Below, in pieces: positions 45,815-55,134 of a DNA stretch of 64,000 nucleotides. The notes beneath the pieces were generated by a model. The model saw only the letters and a list, made by a program, of their open reading frames with translations. It was not told the origin of the DNA and made no database searches. Each line of letters opens with the position of its first letter. Within the stretch, counting starts at the first letter, position 1. The stretch is taken from IMG/VR virus record IMGVR_UViG_2863231158_000003; one strand, 5' to 3'. The position numbers were made by a program, and so were the translations under genes. This DNA comes from a virus (Duplodnaviria > Caudoviricetes).

Positions 45815-46642
45815 TCAGCCCCAGGTCCAGCCCTTGACGTAGGCGATGTCCATTTGTGCCGAGCTGTTGACGGCAGCCCGGTCCCCGTTAAGCGCGGCCT
45901 CGTTCTGGATGATCCAGCTCATGGGCCGGTCGGGGACGCTGTTCGTGGAGCGGCCGATCAGCTCGCCGTCGAGGTAGAAACGGACCTCGCCGGGCTTCCA
46001 CTCGATCTGTGAGGTGTGCCAATCGCTCCAGCGCCTGCCGCTGTCGAACGCGGTCTGCCGCGTGCAGTTGGCGGGGTGGACGAAGCCTGCGATGGTCTCC
46101 GACCACTCAAGTTCAGGGAAATCGATCTCCGAGCAGCCGTCATTCACGACGGGCCAGAGCAAGTGCGCCGACTTGTAGCCGACGGCGACCTTGGAGACGC
46201 GGAAACGTTCCTCGTACCGCCCGTATCGCTGCTCCATAAGCTTCTTCGGCACAACCGCGGCGGAGTGCACGGGCCCGGACGGGCCGCGCCACATGCGGAT
46301 GTGCATCTGCCCGCCCGAGATCCACACCGTGGACGCGGGGTCGTACAGGCCACCTACCGGGTAGTCGCGTTGGGTGGCGGTGTCGGGCCAGCCCTTCGGG
46401 TAGGCCCACCAGTTCGCCCGCGCGCTGCCGGTGAGGCCACCGCAGTAGGCGCGCGGAGTGTCGACGTTGTGGCTGCAGTCGCGGAAACGTCCCTTCGCGA
46501 CTGGGGTGTTGAAGGCGTCAACGAACCGCAGCTTCCACGTCGGCCCGGCATCCGCGACGCGGCCGGCATCGGCAGTCGGCGCTGCAACGTGCCAGAGGAG
46601 GAGTGCGGCGAGGATCCCGGCGATGGTGAGTGGACGCCGCAT
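45815..46642 (-). CDS. Secreted GH16-family glycoside hydrolase
   Basis: Signal peptide MRRPLTIAGILAALLL...; YGRYE.RF, LLWP, EIDFPE, WHT...W.PG...FYLDG. Confidence 0.85.
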   Translation of the reverse strand: MRRPLTIAGILAALLLWHVAAPTADAGRVADAGPTWKLRFVDAFNTPVAKGRFRDCSHNVDTPRAYCGGLTGSARANWWAYPKGWPDTATQRDYPVGGLYDPASTVWISGGQMHIRMWRGPSGPVHSAAVVPKKLMEQRYGRYEERFRVSKVAVGYKSAHLLWPVVNDGCSEIDFPELEWSETIAGFVHPANCTRQTAFDSGRRWSDWHTSQIEWKPGEVRFYLDGELIGRSTNSVPDRPMSWIIQNEAALNGDRAAVNSSAQMDIAYVKGWTWG

Positions 46643-46956
46643 AGCACACCACCTCTTCCTCGCCGCACGATTCAGGGGTGGTGGTCCGCCGCCCGGACGC
46701 CGGTACCAACTCACGGAGGGTGTAAGCCCTCACACGAGGAGACCTCTCCGGTCTCATCGCCTGGCGGCGGAGATTGAGGGTCCCGTCGCCCGGGGCGGGG
46801 GCCTGCCGGGCGACGGGGGCCAGTACCGCCTGCTGGGGGCGGGCGCTACTGGCCGGGAGGTGTCCGCCCGGACCCCCACGGACCGGGCGGACGGGGTGGG
46901 CCGAGCGCGACGCGCTACGAGGCCCGGCCTGCGCCACGACCACCACGGCGCAGGGG

Positions 46957-47196
46957 CTAAGCGGCGTGCTGCCGCTGGTCTTTGATGGGCGGCGGCGGGG
47001 CGGGGGTGATGAGCTCGCGTGTGTCAGGGTTCCGTTCGGCGGCCGTGGTCTCGTTGAGGTCGTAGCGGGCGTTCTTGCCGTGGCCGTGGACGGTGAGGCG
47101 GCCTTCGGAGGCCCAGCGCCAGATGGTGCCGACGGGCCGTCCGGTCCAGTAGGCGAGGTCTGCGGCGGTGACGAGGGTTGGGGTTTCGGAGGGCAA
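46957..47196 (-). CDS. Small HTH DNA-binding protein
   Basis: LVTAADLAYWTGRPVGTIWRWASEGRL...RYDL. Confidence 0.75.
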   Translation of the reverse strand: MPSETPTLVTAADLAYWTGRPVGTIWRWASEGRLTVHGHGKNARYDLNETTAAERNPDTRELITPAPPPPIKDQRQHAA

Positions 47197-47261
47197 GTGG
47201 TCACCTCCGGATGCAACGAAGGCCACCCGGGGTGGCGGGTGGCCTCAGCGCGAAGTTCAGC

Positions 47262-47310
47262 TATCTGAGCACAGAGTGACTTCGGTGAACATATTTTGTC
47301 AAGTGCTCAA
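47262..47310 (-). promoter_or_regulatory. Candidate promoter flanked by a TGAGCAC/GTGCTCA inverted repeat
   Basis: Minus-strand TTGACA at 47302-47297 in an AT-rich gap ahead of the late operon. Confidence 0.5.
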
Positions 47311-47314
47311 GTAT

Positions 47315-47875
47315 TCATGGTGCTTCCGCGCCCGGGAAGTCCCTGGCTTTGATCTTCGCCATAGTGCCATCGGGGTGGTGGTACACGAGGCCTTCCCATG
47401 TGTGCCCTGCGAGGAAGTTCCCGATCTCGTCGTAGGTGCGGAAGTCCAGACGGGGGTCGACGGTCTCGGCCGTGACGTGTCGGATCAGGGTGTGCCGCTC
47501 GACACCTTCAGGGTTTCCGTTGATCTTCGGGCCGCAGAGCTCGTAAGTTCCGTGCGGCCAGTGCCGATGTATCTCGGCGGCCTCGGTGTGGAACTTGGCG
47601 AACGACGACTGCGCTATCGGCTCCCAGCCGACCGTCTTGCCCGTGGTCGTGTCGTGCTCAATCGGCACGTAGTTCGGTGGCGGTGCCTTGCCGCGTTTGA
47701 CCTCACGCCGAGCCCACCAGTCACCGGACTCGTCGAGCAGGACGCAGGTGCCGTCGTATTTGCGGGTCGCGGTGCCGTAGCCTTCCAGAACCCACTCGCA
47801 GCCGGAGGTGACCTCGGGGAGTACGTGGCGGCGGTCGTCGGGGTTGCGGACGAACAGGGTGGGGATCTTCTGCAT
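47315..47875 (-). CDS. DUF5565-like RNA ligase (nucleotidyltransferase)
   Basis: MQKIPTLF...ATRKYDGTC...GTYELCGPKINGNP...EGLV...AKIK. Confidence 0.75.
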   Translation of the reverse strand: MQKIPTLFVRNPDDRRHVLPEVTSGCEWVLEGYGTATRKYDGTCVLLDESGDWWARREVKRGKAPPPNYVPIEHDTTTGKTVGWEPIAQSSFAKFHTEAAEIHRHWPHGTYELCGPKINGNPEGVERHTLIRHVTAETVDPRLDFRTYDEIGNFLAGHTWEGLVYHHPDGTMAKIKARDFPGAEAP

Positions 47876-48155
47876 GCGGGCCTCCATTGGCGTGGGGGTT
47901 CAGCTTGGCTCGGGTTCCAGGGCAACGTCACGGGATTTTGAGGCCTCGGCATACAGGCTTGCCTTCGCGACACGGGGATGCCAGTGGCTGCGGATGTAGG
48001 CCAGGGCCAGTCCGATGCCGTCTACCGGTGATCGTTGGGTCTTGTCGGCAGCTTCGCTCACGTCTGCCGTCCTTTCCATACGATCCATGCGCCAGCCAAT
48101 CCGACGGCGCCGCCAAGCAAGCCGCAAAGGCCGAGGACAAGCCGCAGAGCGTCGT

Positions 48156-48875
48156 TCACGCCGCATCCTCCGCCCGCCGGAGCTGCTCTTCGAGTACGGC
48201 TTCTTGCGCGTCACGCAGGCCGCGCCATTCCCCGAGGGTTTCCCAGCGTGCGCCGCAGGCTCGGCAGTGGATGCGGTGGTTGTCGGTGACGGCGGTGAGA
48301 GGTTCCCCGCAGAGGGTGTCGTCGTCGTAGCGCGTGGGGCAGGGCCCGACTTGGACGCAGCCGCCGCGTTTCTCGCCGTCGGCGATCGCCTTGCATTCGC
48401 CGTGCAGCTTGCGGAGGTCGTCGATGTCCTGGCCGATGCTGTCGTAGCTCGAGCAGGCCCACAGCAGGTTGTCGGCGAGGAATCGGACGTGCTGCGGGAT
48501 CGCTTCGGCCGGGCTCCCGCGCCAGGGGGCGACGGTCCAGCCGAGCGCGGACCGCCACGCGTCCTCAATGTCGCGGAGCCGGGCGGCTATGCCGCCGGGG
48601 CCGACGAGGGCGAGGACATCAAGGCGGGGCGGTATCGGCGGGGTCCGGCTGCCCGACGTGGCGCTGCCGGTGCGGCGGGCGCCCTTCATCAGCATCGCCG
48701 TCGTGTCCAACCGGGCGAACAATGCCGGGAGTTCGCGGATGCGGGTCGCGGTGGCGTCCTCACACGGACGGCACGCAAGCCGTCCGGTCTCGGCGACCCA
48801 AAGCAGACGGCCGCACCGCGGCGCCACGCATGCGGGCCAGTCGTAGTCGTCGAGGCCGGTGGGGTGGTTGTGCAC
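48156..48875 (-). CDS. Multi-Zn-finger phage protein, possible late regulator
   Basis: C...RC...CRPC; GPCP...C...CRACG. Confidence 0.7.
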   Translation of the reverse strand: MHNHPTGLDDYDWPACVAPRCGRLLWVAETGRLACRPCEDATATRIRELPALFARLDTTAMLMKGARRTGSATSGSRTPPIPPRLDVLALVGPGGIAARLRDIEDAWRSALGWTVAPWRGSPAEAIPQHVRFLADNLLWACSSYDSIGQDIDDLRKLHGECKAIADGEKRGGCVQVGPCPTRYDDDTLCGEPLTAVTDNHRIHCRACGARWETLGEWRGLRDAQEAVLEEQLRRAEDAA

Positions 48876-48989
48876 GGCGGGCTCCTCGGGTGGCACGGGA
48901 AGCAGGGTGCTGATTGAGCCATTGTGCACCCAGCAGCTTGCAATACCGGGCCAATGGCACACTCGACGGGGGCGAGCGGACGAACTGGG

Positions 48990-49205
48990 CTACCGGGCCT
49001 TGGACTTCACGGGCGCCCCGGCCCCGTAGGCGACCGCGGCCAGCCCGGCAGTGAACGTGACAGCCATGCCCGCGCCGGTGGCGGCGGTGGGGGCTCCGGC
49101 AGCGGGCAGAGTGACGGCGAGCGCCGCGGTAGCGGCCACCACCAGCACACCGCGCGGGACGTACTGGCGGGCACGGGCGACAAGACGATGATCAGGCGCA
49201 GACAT
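48990..49205 (-). CDS. Small 2-TM protein
   Basis: Two hydrophobic segments. Confidence 0.5.
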   Translation of the reverse strand: MSAPDHRLVARARQYVPRGVLVVAATAALAVTLPAAGAPTAATGAGMAVTFTAGLAAVAYGAGAPVKSKAR

Positions 49206-49217
49206 ATGAGCGCTCCC

Positions 49218-49406
49218 CTATCGGCGCCAGCGGGGCTTGTGGTCGGCGGCGGCGGACAGGATCTGCATGGCGACGGCCTGACCGTCTTCGCCTGCCGCGT
49301 CGATGAGCTGGTCGGCTTTCCTGCTGCTGCCGCGGCCGAGGAAGCCGCCGCGCTGCACCTGCCGCGCTGCCGCGTCGATCTCTTCCGGGGTGGGGGTCTT
49401 CGGCAT
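49218..49406 (-). CDS. Small hypothetical protein
   Basis: AGGAG RBS. Confidence 0.55.
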   Translation of the reverse strand: MPKTPTPEEIDAAARQVQRGGFLGRGSSRKADQLIDAAGEDGQAVAMQILSAAADHKPRWRR

Positions 49407-49417
49407 GCTGATCTCCT

Positions 49418-49909
49418 TCACAGGTTGGTGGAGCTACGGCCCCACCAGCGGTTGTGGGTGGTGACGGTGCTGTTGATCTGATGGACGGGCGCGTTGTACG
49501 TCTGGTGGAGCTCCCGCGGGCCTGTCCGGCTGAAGATCTTTGCCAGGCCCTTCAGGGAGTGGAATGCGGCGGGGGGTGCGGCGCAGACGATGCCGATAAC
49601 AACTGGGTTGGCCTGCCCAGAGGCCCACAAAACGAGGCTGGCAGCCCCTCCGGTCGCGACGATCAGGACGCTCCCTGCGAGCATGAGTGCGCTGCCGTCG
49701 GTGGCCTTCTGGCTCATCGGCGGACGCCCGGGCTGCGCGACGGGCTGAGCGTCTCCGACCGTGGGGACAGGGCTGGTGTCGCGATGCGACGTCGGCACCT
49801 TCCAGTCGATGCTTTCGATGTCGTCGAGGATCTCTTGGGTGGCGGGCGAGAGGTTCCGCTGCGCGACCGCGGGGTGGTCGAGCGGCGGACGGCCGGGCAG
49901 CGGTTCCAT
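49418..49909 (-). CDS. SpdD-like membrane protein
   Basis: Pro-rich N-terminus, two TM segments, Q.YN.PV.Q...T...WG tail; downstream of traB. Confidence 0.6.
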   Translation of the reverse strand: MEPLPGRPPLDHPAVAQRNLSPATQEILDDIESIDWKVPTSHRDTSPVPTVGDAQPVAQPGRPPMSQKATDGSALMLAGSVLIVATGGAASLVLWASGQANPVVIGIVCAAPPAAFHSLKGLAKIFSRTGPRELHQTYNAPVHQINSTVTTHNRWWGRSSTNL

Positions 49910-49931
49910 GACGGTCTCCTTGTCGGTGCGG

Positions 49932-50141
49932 TCAGGCGGCGTTGGCGGCGGCGAGTTGGCGGGTGAGGTCGTCGATGGCGTCCTGCTCGGTGTCGTGGAG
50001 GTCGGAACGGTAGGCGGCGCCACCGCCCGGTTTCATGACGGCCTGGCCGTCCTGGTCGCACAGGACGGCGCCCCACTTCGGCGGGTGCGGGTTGTCGAGC
50101 CGGCCGCAGGTCTGCAGGGTGTCGATCGTGTAGTCGGCCAT
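49932..50141 (-). CDS. Hypothetical protein
   Basis: AGGAG RBS. Confidence 0.55.
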   Translation of the reverse strand: MADYTIDTLQTCGRLDNPHPPKWGAVLCDQDGQAVMKPGGGAAYRSDLHDTEQDAIDDLTRQLAAANAA

Positions 50142-50233
50142 GAGAGATCTCCTTGTCAGGGTGGGGTGGAGTTCGGAACGAGTGCGGCCCCCTTGCCCGG
50201 CAGACGCCGGGTCCTGACGGACGGGCAGTCGGG

Positions 50234-50857
50234 CTAGTCGGCCTCGCCGGTTGTGGCGCACACGCCGCAGGGGACGCGGATCTTGCCCTGGCTTCCGGCC
50301 TTGGGGTGGATGCGGGTGGGGATGGTGAACCAGCCGCGGTCGCAGCCCGCGCCGCACGGGTTGATGGGCTCGGGCTGGCGATCGGGGTCGGGTTCGTGGC
50401 CGCCGGCCCGCAGGTCCCAGGCGGCGGTGAGGGCGGCGGCCTGGGTCGCGGCGACCGCGCCCTTGACCGGCCGGGTGACGGCGCGCCCCGCGGCGCGGCG
50501 ATGCCGTCGCAGGACGGGCTTGATGATCCGCCGCCAGTACAGGCGGCCAGCCTGCTTCACGTCATCGACGGTGATCTCCGGGTGGAGGATCCCGGCGAGG
50601 ACCGCGCCGCCCACAGTGATCTCGAAGGTGTCCTCGTCGGTGGCGCACTGGCGGCCGCTGCTCGTGTGGAGGATCTCCTTGAGGACGCCGAGGGTGATCA
50701 GGGGCTCTTCCCAGGTGTGGGACTGCCAGCAGTTCCCGCGGACCGGGAGCGCGTCGATGAACCCGGTGCCGTCGAGGGTGAACGCCTGCGCGGCGCACTC
50801 GGGACACAGATACGGGTGTCCGTCGATCGTCATCTGCTGGATCCTGAGGGTGAGCAT
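50234..50857 (-). CDS. Zn-ribbon hypothetical protein
   Basis: CPEC...C..HTW; C.AGC.RG...CGVC. Confidence 0.65.
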   Translation of the reverse strand: MLTLRIQQMTIDGHPYLCPECAAQAFTLDGTGFIDALPVRGNCWQSHTWEEPLITLGVLKEILHTSSGRQCATDEDTFEITVGGAVLAGILHPEITVDDVKQAGRLYWRRIIKPVLRRHRRAAGRAVTRPVKGAVAATQAAALTAAWDLRAGGHEPDPDRQPEPINPCGAGCDRGWFTIPTRIHPKAGSQGKIRVPCGVCATTGEAD

Positions 50858-50882
50858 CTTCCGGACCTTCCTCGCATATTGC

Positions 50883-51039
50883 TCTGACGGGTGCCCTGAC
50901 AGTCGTGGATTTGCGCAGGCCACAGCCCTGACAGGCGGGTGACAGGTCACGGCTTGGAGAGTGCGCTCGACGGGCGCGGTCAGGGGCCTGTCAGGGCGGC
51001 CACCTGCGGCGATCCACGTCTTACCAGGGGACCGTCAGG
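50883..51039. repeat. clt-like locus with 8-bp CCTGACRG-type repeats
   Basis: Direct copies at 50883, 50895, 50927, 50938; inverted at 50977, 50988, 51032; immediately downstream of traB. Confidence 0.6.
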
Positions 51040-53137
51040 GCGCATTGCGGGCATTACGGGCGGCTTCGATGTCCTCCAGCAGGTAGCCCTGGGGCCGCTT
51101 ACCGTCCTCGGCCGGTACTCGCTTGACCTTCAGATCGGGTGTCACCGCCTCGATCTGCTCCCGTACTGCCTTGCCGACACGGGCAGACCAGCCTTCCTCC
51201 GTCTCGCCGTCTCGACGCCCGAAGCGGGCATGGTCCGCAGCGGCGAAGGCCGTGAAGACCTCGGCGTTCGTGATGTTGCCCCGCCCCGTGGCGCGCGCCA
51301 TCGCCGACAGCCGGTCCAGAATGCCGACGCGGACGATGCGTCCCCTACCGCCGGGCCCGCCTGCGGCAGACGACACCCCTGTCTCTCCCTGGAGCTGCTC
51401 CTCGATCCGGTCGCGCCACTGGCCCGGCAGCCGCCCGGCGGCCTTGCGGATCTCGTAGGCCTCGGCGACGACCTTCCGCTTGTCGTCTGGCTTCACCAGG
51501 TAGGAGCGACCCTGGATGACACCGGTCTCCGGGGTGGCTAGCCAGAACCGGCCCGGCTGGTCAAGGGGGATCTTGGATGCGTCGTAGCCCTGACCGGTCA
51601 TGCCGTCGCCGAGGATCGTGTTCGATGCCTGCCCGGACTCGGTGTTCATCGCCGCGCGGCCAACGTGGTTCTGGCGCAGACGTCCGCGGATGACCGCAAC
51701 CTCGGGCACCTGCGTGATGCTGATCAGGAGCACGCCCACGGCAGCGCCGACGGCGGCGATCTGCGACAGATTCTCGGTGATCTCGTCGTCCCAGGGGCTC
51801 GTGCCCCTGGGGGTGTAGGTGGCGAGCTCGTCGACGATGAAAAGCTCCCGGCCGCCGAGGAGCCGCATGGCCTGCTCGTAGTTGTCGTCGTCGATCTTCT
51901 CGTAGCCGTGGTCGTCGAGGAGATCGGAACGGCGGTCGACCTCCTCCTTGATCAGGCGGGTGATGAGGGCGAGACGCTCCGGGTTCCGCTTGACGAACGT
52001 CGCCAGGATCGGCGCATACGGGTTGTGCTCGGCGACACCCTTGCCGTCGAAGATACGGACGTTCACCCACGGGTCCTTGGCCGCGCCGATCAGGATGTTC
52101 GCCAGAAGCATCCCCTTGCCGCGCCGGGTGGCCCCGGCCGCGATCAGGCTGGTGTCCCGCACATGCAGGGTGATCGGGTCGCCGCGCTTGCCGAAGGCGA
52201 CCGGAATGCCGTCACGGAAGGTATTGATCGGCCCGTCGTGGTCAAGCAGCGGCGAGGGGCGGACCACCGAGAACGGGTCATCGCTCGCCACCCACACATG
52301 CAGCAGCGTCTCGATGCTGCCGACGCTGAGGTCGAGCCAGTCGGAGTGCACGCCGAGCGCGGATGCGATCTGCTGCTTCTTGCTCACGGCCACGGCCGCA
52401 GGGATCCCGGAAGGGGTGTGCACGGCGTAGGCGATGCCGGGGCCTTCCCCGTGAGGGATGCCAACGCCGCGGATTTCCCCGCCGCGCTTCTCCGGGACCG
52501 CGCCGGCCTCGACGAGGACGCGGCGCATCGTGTCCTCCCCCAGGTGCGAGGTCCGGGTCGGCGCCTGCACGGGGACGATCGCGGGAGTCTCGGGCCGCCC
52601 GAACCAACTGCCGGTCAGCACCACAGCGAGAGCGAGGAGGAGCTGCATCCACCAGCTGCCCAGCATCACAGTAGCCGCACCACCGCCGGCGACGGCCAGA
52701 CCGCAGTAGCCGGTGCGGATCCAGTGCCGCTTCTTGTGCGCCTTGTACTCCGCCCGCCGCACTTCCAGCAGGGCCCGCGCCTTCGACTCGGACGCCGCCC
52801 GCGCATCGCCGCGCGGGAGCTCCTTGGCCTGGCGGAGCATGAGCTTGGCAGTGGCAATCTGCTGCCGGTAGTCGTCGTGACGAGCCTCCCACCAGCGGCG
52901 GCACAGCCGCCGGTAGCCGCGCACCGACCAGCCCAGGTAGTACGGACTGTGGACGGCATGGAAACGCATCCAGTCGAGGCTGTTGTCGCGGGCGTACACC
53001 GCCCACTGCTTCAGCTGCTCCGCGGACATCATCCACGCCGGACGGGGCCGCTTCTCGAACTCGAAAACGGGGGCCGCTTCGGGGGTCTCCTTGACGAGCG
53101 TCAGCGGCGGACGCCCATCCTTCAGCGGGGTAGCCAT
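51035..53137 (-). CDS. traB: FtsK/SpoIIIE-family conjugative DNA translocase (TraB-like)
   Basis: N-terminal TM pair, GATRRGKG Walker A, FIVDE Walker B, ITQ.P, C-terminal winged-helix-like region. Confidence 0.85.
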   Translation of the reverse strand: MATPLKDGRPPLTLVKETPEAAPVFEFEKRPRPAWMMSAEQLKQWAVYARDNSLDWMRFHAVHSPYYLGWSVRGYRRLCRRWWEARHDDYRQQIATAKLMLRQAKELPRGDARAASESKARALLEVRRAEYKAHKKRHWIRTGYCGLAVAGGGAATVMLGSWWMQLLLALAVVLTGSWFGRPETPAIVPVQAPTRTSHLGEDTMRRVLVEAGAVPEKRGGEIRGVGIPHGEGPGIAYAVHTPSGIPAAVAVSKKQQIASALGVHSDWLDLSVGSIETLLHVWVASDDPFSVVRPSPLLDHDGPINTFRDGIPVAFGKRGDPITLHVRDTSLIAAGATRRGKGMLLANILIGAAKDPWVNVRIFDGKGVAEHNPYAPILATFVKRNPERLALITRLIKEEVDRRSDLLDDHGYEKIDDDNYEQAMRLLGGRELFIVDELATYTPRGTSPWDDEITENLSQIAAVGAAVGVLLISITQVPEVAVIRGRLRQNHVGRAAMNTESGQASNTILGDGMTGQGYDASKIPLDQPGRFWLATPETGVIQGRSYLVKPDDKRKVVAEAYEIRKAAGRLPGQWRDRIEEQLQGETGVSSAAGGPGGRGRIVRVGILDRLSAMARATGRGNITNAEVFTAFAAADHARFGRRDGETEEGWSARVGKAVREQIEAVTPDLKVKRVPAEDGKRPQGYLLEDIEAARNARNAP

Positions 53138-53144
53138 GCGGGTC

Positions 53145-54443
53145 TCAGTCCTTCTTCTCGAGGGTCCGCTCGACGCGGGCTTGTGCACGGGCGAGGGGAT
53201 GGTTGGGCTCGCTGTCACCGGTCGTCCTGCGGGGCGGAATGCCGCCGTTGTTTCGGCGCCCGTCGGGGGCGTTCGGGTCCTTCTTCTGCTTGGCGGGTCG
53301 TTGGGAATTGACCAGTGACATTTCGCCAAGGACGGGGGTCTCCGTGACGGTCTTCACGCGGGCCTGCTGGGCGCGGGATGCGGCCTCGAGGTCGAGGGTG
53401 ATTCCGACCGTCTTGCAGCCGGTGACGCGCTGCCAGGCCTCGGCCCAGATCTGCTCGGTGACGAACGCGGAGCCGCGGGCAGATCGCATCGCGTCGGCGA
53501 CTGCCCACACCTCCGGGTGGTGCTTGCGCCGGTCCTCGTCGCGGCGTGCTTGTTCGCGCTCGGCGCGCTGCTGCGCGAAGGCCTTCTCCTCCCGCGCCTT
53601 TAGGTCCGCGGCCTCCTTCGCCTTACGGGCTTGCGCGCGGGCGGCATCCTCCATGATCTTGGCCCGCTGGGAGGCGCGGCGTTCGCGCCGGGAGGGGATG
53701 CCGTCGCTCTGCTGGGCGATGCCGTGCTCGTAGACCATGAGCACGATCGGCCCGCCGAGGGAGGCGATGGCGCCGATGAGCCCGGCGTTGAAGCCGATCT
53801 CCGGCTTGGTCATGCCGCCATGCATGTTGATCGCAGCAGCGATCAACGCGGAGATCATGACGCCGATGCGGTACGGAGTGACGTCCCGGCGGTGCGCGAC
53901 CGCCCAGCCAGCGCCACACGCAAGCACGAGCGCAAGACCCTCAAGCAGCGCGGGCGCGGCGACGAGGAACTTCCGGGCGGGATCCCAGAAGTGCATGAAC
54001 TGCACCGGCGCGGCAATGACCAGGCCGACGGCGTAGATGCCGCGGGCACCCCACTTCCACCAGCGTTCAGCGCGCGTCCGCTCGGCCTGCTCCTGGGCCT
54101 CCCGCTGCGCCTGCTCGGCCTCGGCTTGTGCGGCCTTCTCGCGTTCTGCGTCGGCCTTTCTCTTCTCGGCCGCCTTCCGGGCGAGGTAGGCGTCATGGTC
54201 GGCCTGGTCCTTCTCCAGGCGCAGGCGCTGCCGCTCATTGGTGATCCGCTGCTTCTCCGCCTCCTCGACAGCCCGGGTCTTCTCGGCTTCGGCGCGGCCT
54301 TCGGATTCGATGCGCAACGCGGCAGCCTCGGCGGCCGCCCGTGTCCGGATGGCCTCCGCCTCGGCCAGCGCCACCGGGTCGAACCGGGGCTCAGGCGAGG
54401 CCACGGCAAGGCCGTTGACCTTCTTCTCGACGGAGGTGCTCAC
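53145..54443 (-). CDS. SpdB2-like coiled-coil, 4-TM protein
   Basis: N-terminal coiled coil, four TM segments, adjacent to traB. Confidence 0.65.
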   Translation of the reverse strand: MSTSVEKKVNGLAVASPEPRFDPVALAEAEAIRTRAAAEAAALRIESEGRAEAEKTRAVEEAEKQRITNERQRLRLEKDQADHDAYLARKAAEKRKADAEREKAAQAEAEQAQREAQEQAERTRAERWWKWGARGIYAVGLVIAAPVQFMHFWDPARKFLVAAPALLEGLALVLACGAGWAVAHRRDVTPYRIGVMISALIAAAINMHGGMTKPEIGFNAGLIGAIASLGGPIVLMVYEHGIAQQSDGIPSRRERRASQRAKIMEDAARAQARKAKEAADLKAREEKAFAQQRAEREQARRDEDRRKHHPEVWAVADAMRSARGSAFVTEQIWAEAWQRVTGCKTVGITLDLEAASRAQQARVKTVTETPVLGEMSLVNSQRPAKQKKDPNAPDGRRNNGGIPPRRTTGDSEPNHPLARAQARVERTLEKKD

Positions 54444-54449
54444 GGTTGA

Positions 54450-54650
54450 TCAGTCCTCTCGGTTGCGTCGGGTGGTGTGGCGGTATCCGAATCCGCCGGG
54501 CAGGTTCATGGAGGCGGTGCGGCGGCCGGTGGATGAGATCGTGTAGTGGGGTCCGCGCCGCCCGCCGAAAGTGATCGACCAGGAGCGGCGGTTGATGTTG
54601 AGTCGGACCCCGGGGAAGATCCGCCACGACCGGCGGTAAGTGATCCCCAT
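54450..54650 (-). CDS. DUF4236-like small protein
   Basis: YRRSWRIFPGVRLNI...S.T.G...LPG.F.YR. Confidence 0.75.
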   Translation of the reverse strand: MGITYRRSWRIFPGVRLNINRRSWSITFGGRRGPHYTISSTGRRTASMNLPGGFGYRHTTRRNRED

Positions 54651-54847
54651 CAAGTGGCCTCCGACCGAACCGACCGCCACGCCACCACCAGCAGCGCAAC
54701 CGTGAGGACCGAGGGCTGCAGCAGGAGCGCCAGGCCGCCACTCAGCCCGAGCCCGACCGCGGCACCGATGGCCGCAGCCAGGCCGGGAAAGATCCCGACG
54801 AGGAACAAGACGGCTGCGAGCAGCAGCCAGCCGACAAGCCGCTTCAT
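54650..54847 (-). CDS. Small membrane protein
   Basis: Hydrophobic 65 aa, GGAGG RBS. Confidence 0.6.
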   Translation of the reverse strand: MKRLVGWLLLAAVLFLVGIFPGLAAAIGAAVGLGLSGGLALLLQPSVLTVALLVVAWRSVRSEAT

Positions 54848-54936
54848 GGCGGCCTCCGATCAAAACGAGGTGTGGGATTGAGGGGTGCTGAGGGATGTCC
54901 AAGGCGCACGTGCCAGACGTGCGCCGAGGGCCACCA

Positions 54937-55134
54937 TCAGTCCTGGGCGCGGTCCGCGCGACGGGCGAAGTAGACGTCGACCAGGTAGTCCATGACCGCG
55001 CACACGACGAGCGCGGTGGCGATAGTGGCGGTAGCACGCCACGGCTCCGCCACGCCCACGGCGGCGACATCCCGGACCGTGATGGCGGCCGCGAACGCCG
55101 GAGCGATCATCACCAGCCAGATCAGATACCGCAT
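54937..55134 (-). CDS. Small membrane protein
   Basis: Two TM segments; TGATG coupling. Confidence 0.6.
   Translation of the reverse strand: MRYLIWLVMIAPAFAAAITVRDVAAVGVAEPWRATATIATALVVCAVMDYLVDVYFARRADRAQD

Noticed and set aside
46660-46950. tRNA gene in the structured gap (also considered for 61935-62977)
   Set aside because: No cloverleaf with a T-loop and acceptor stem found by eye
47900-48140. Short ORFs between the RNA ligase and Zn-finger genes
   Set aside because: No clear RBS or motif; could not choose a frame
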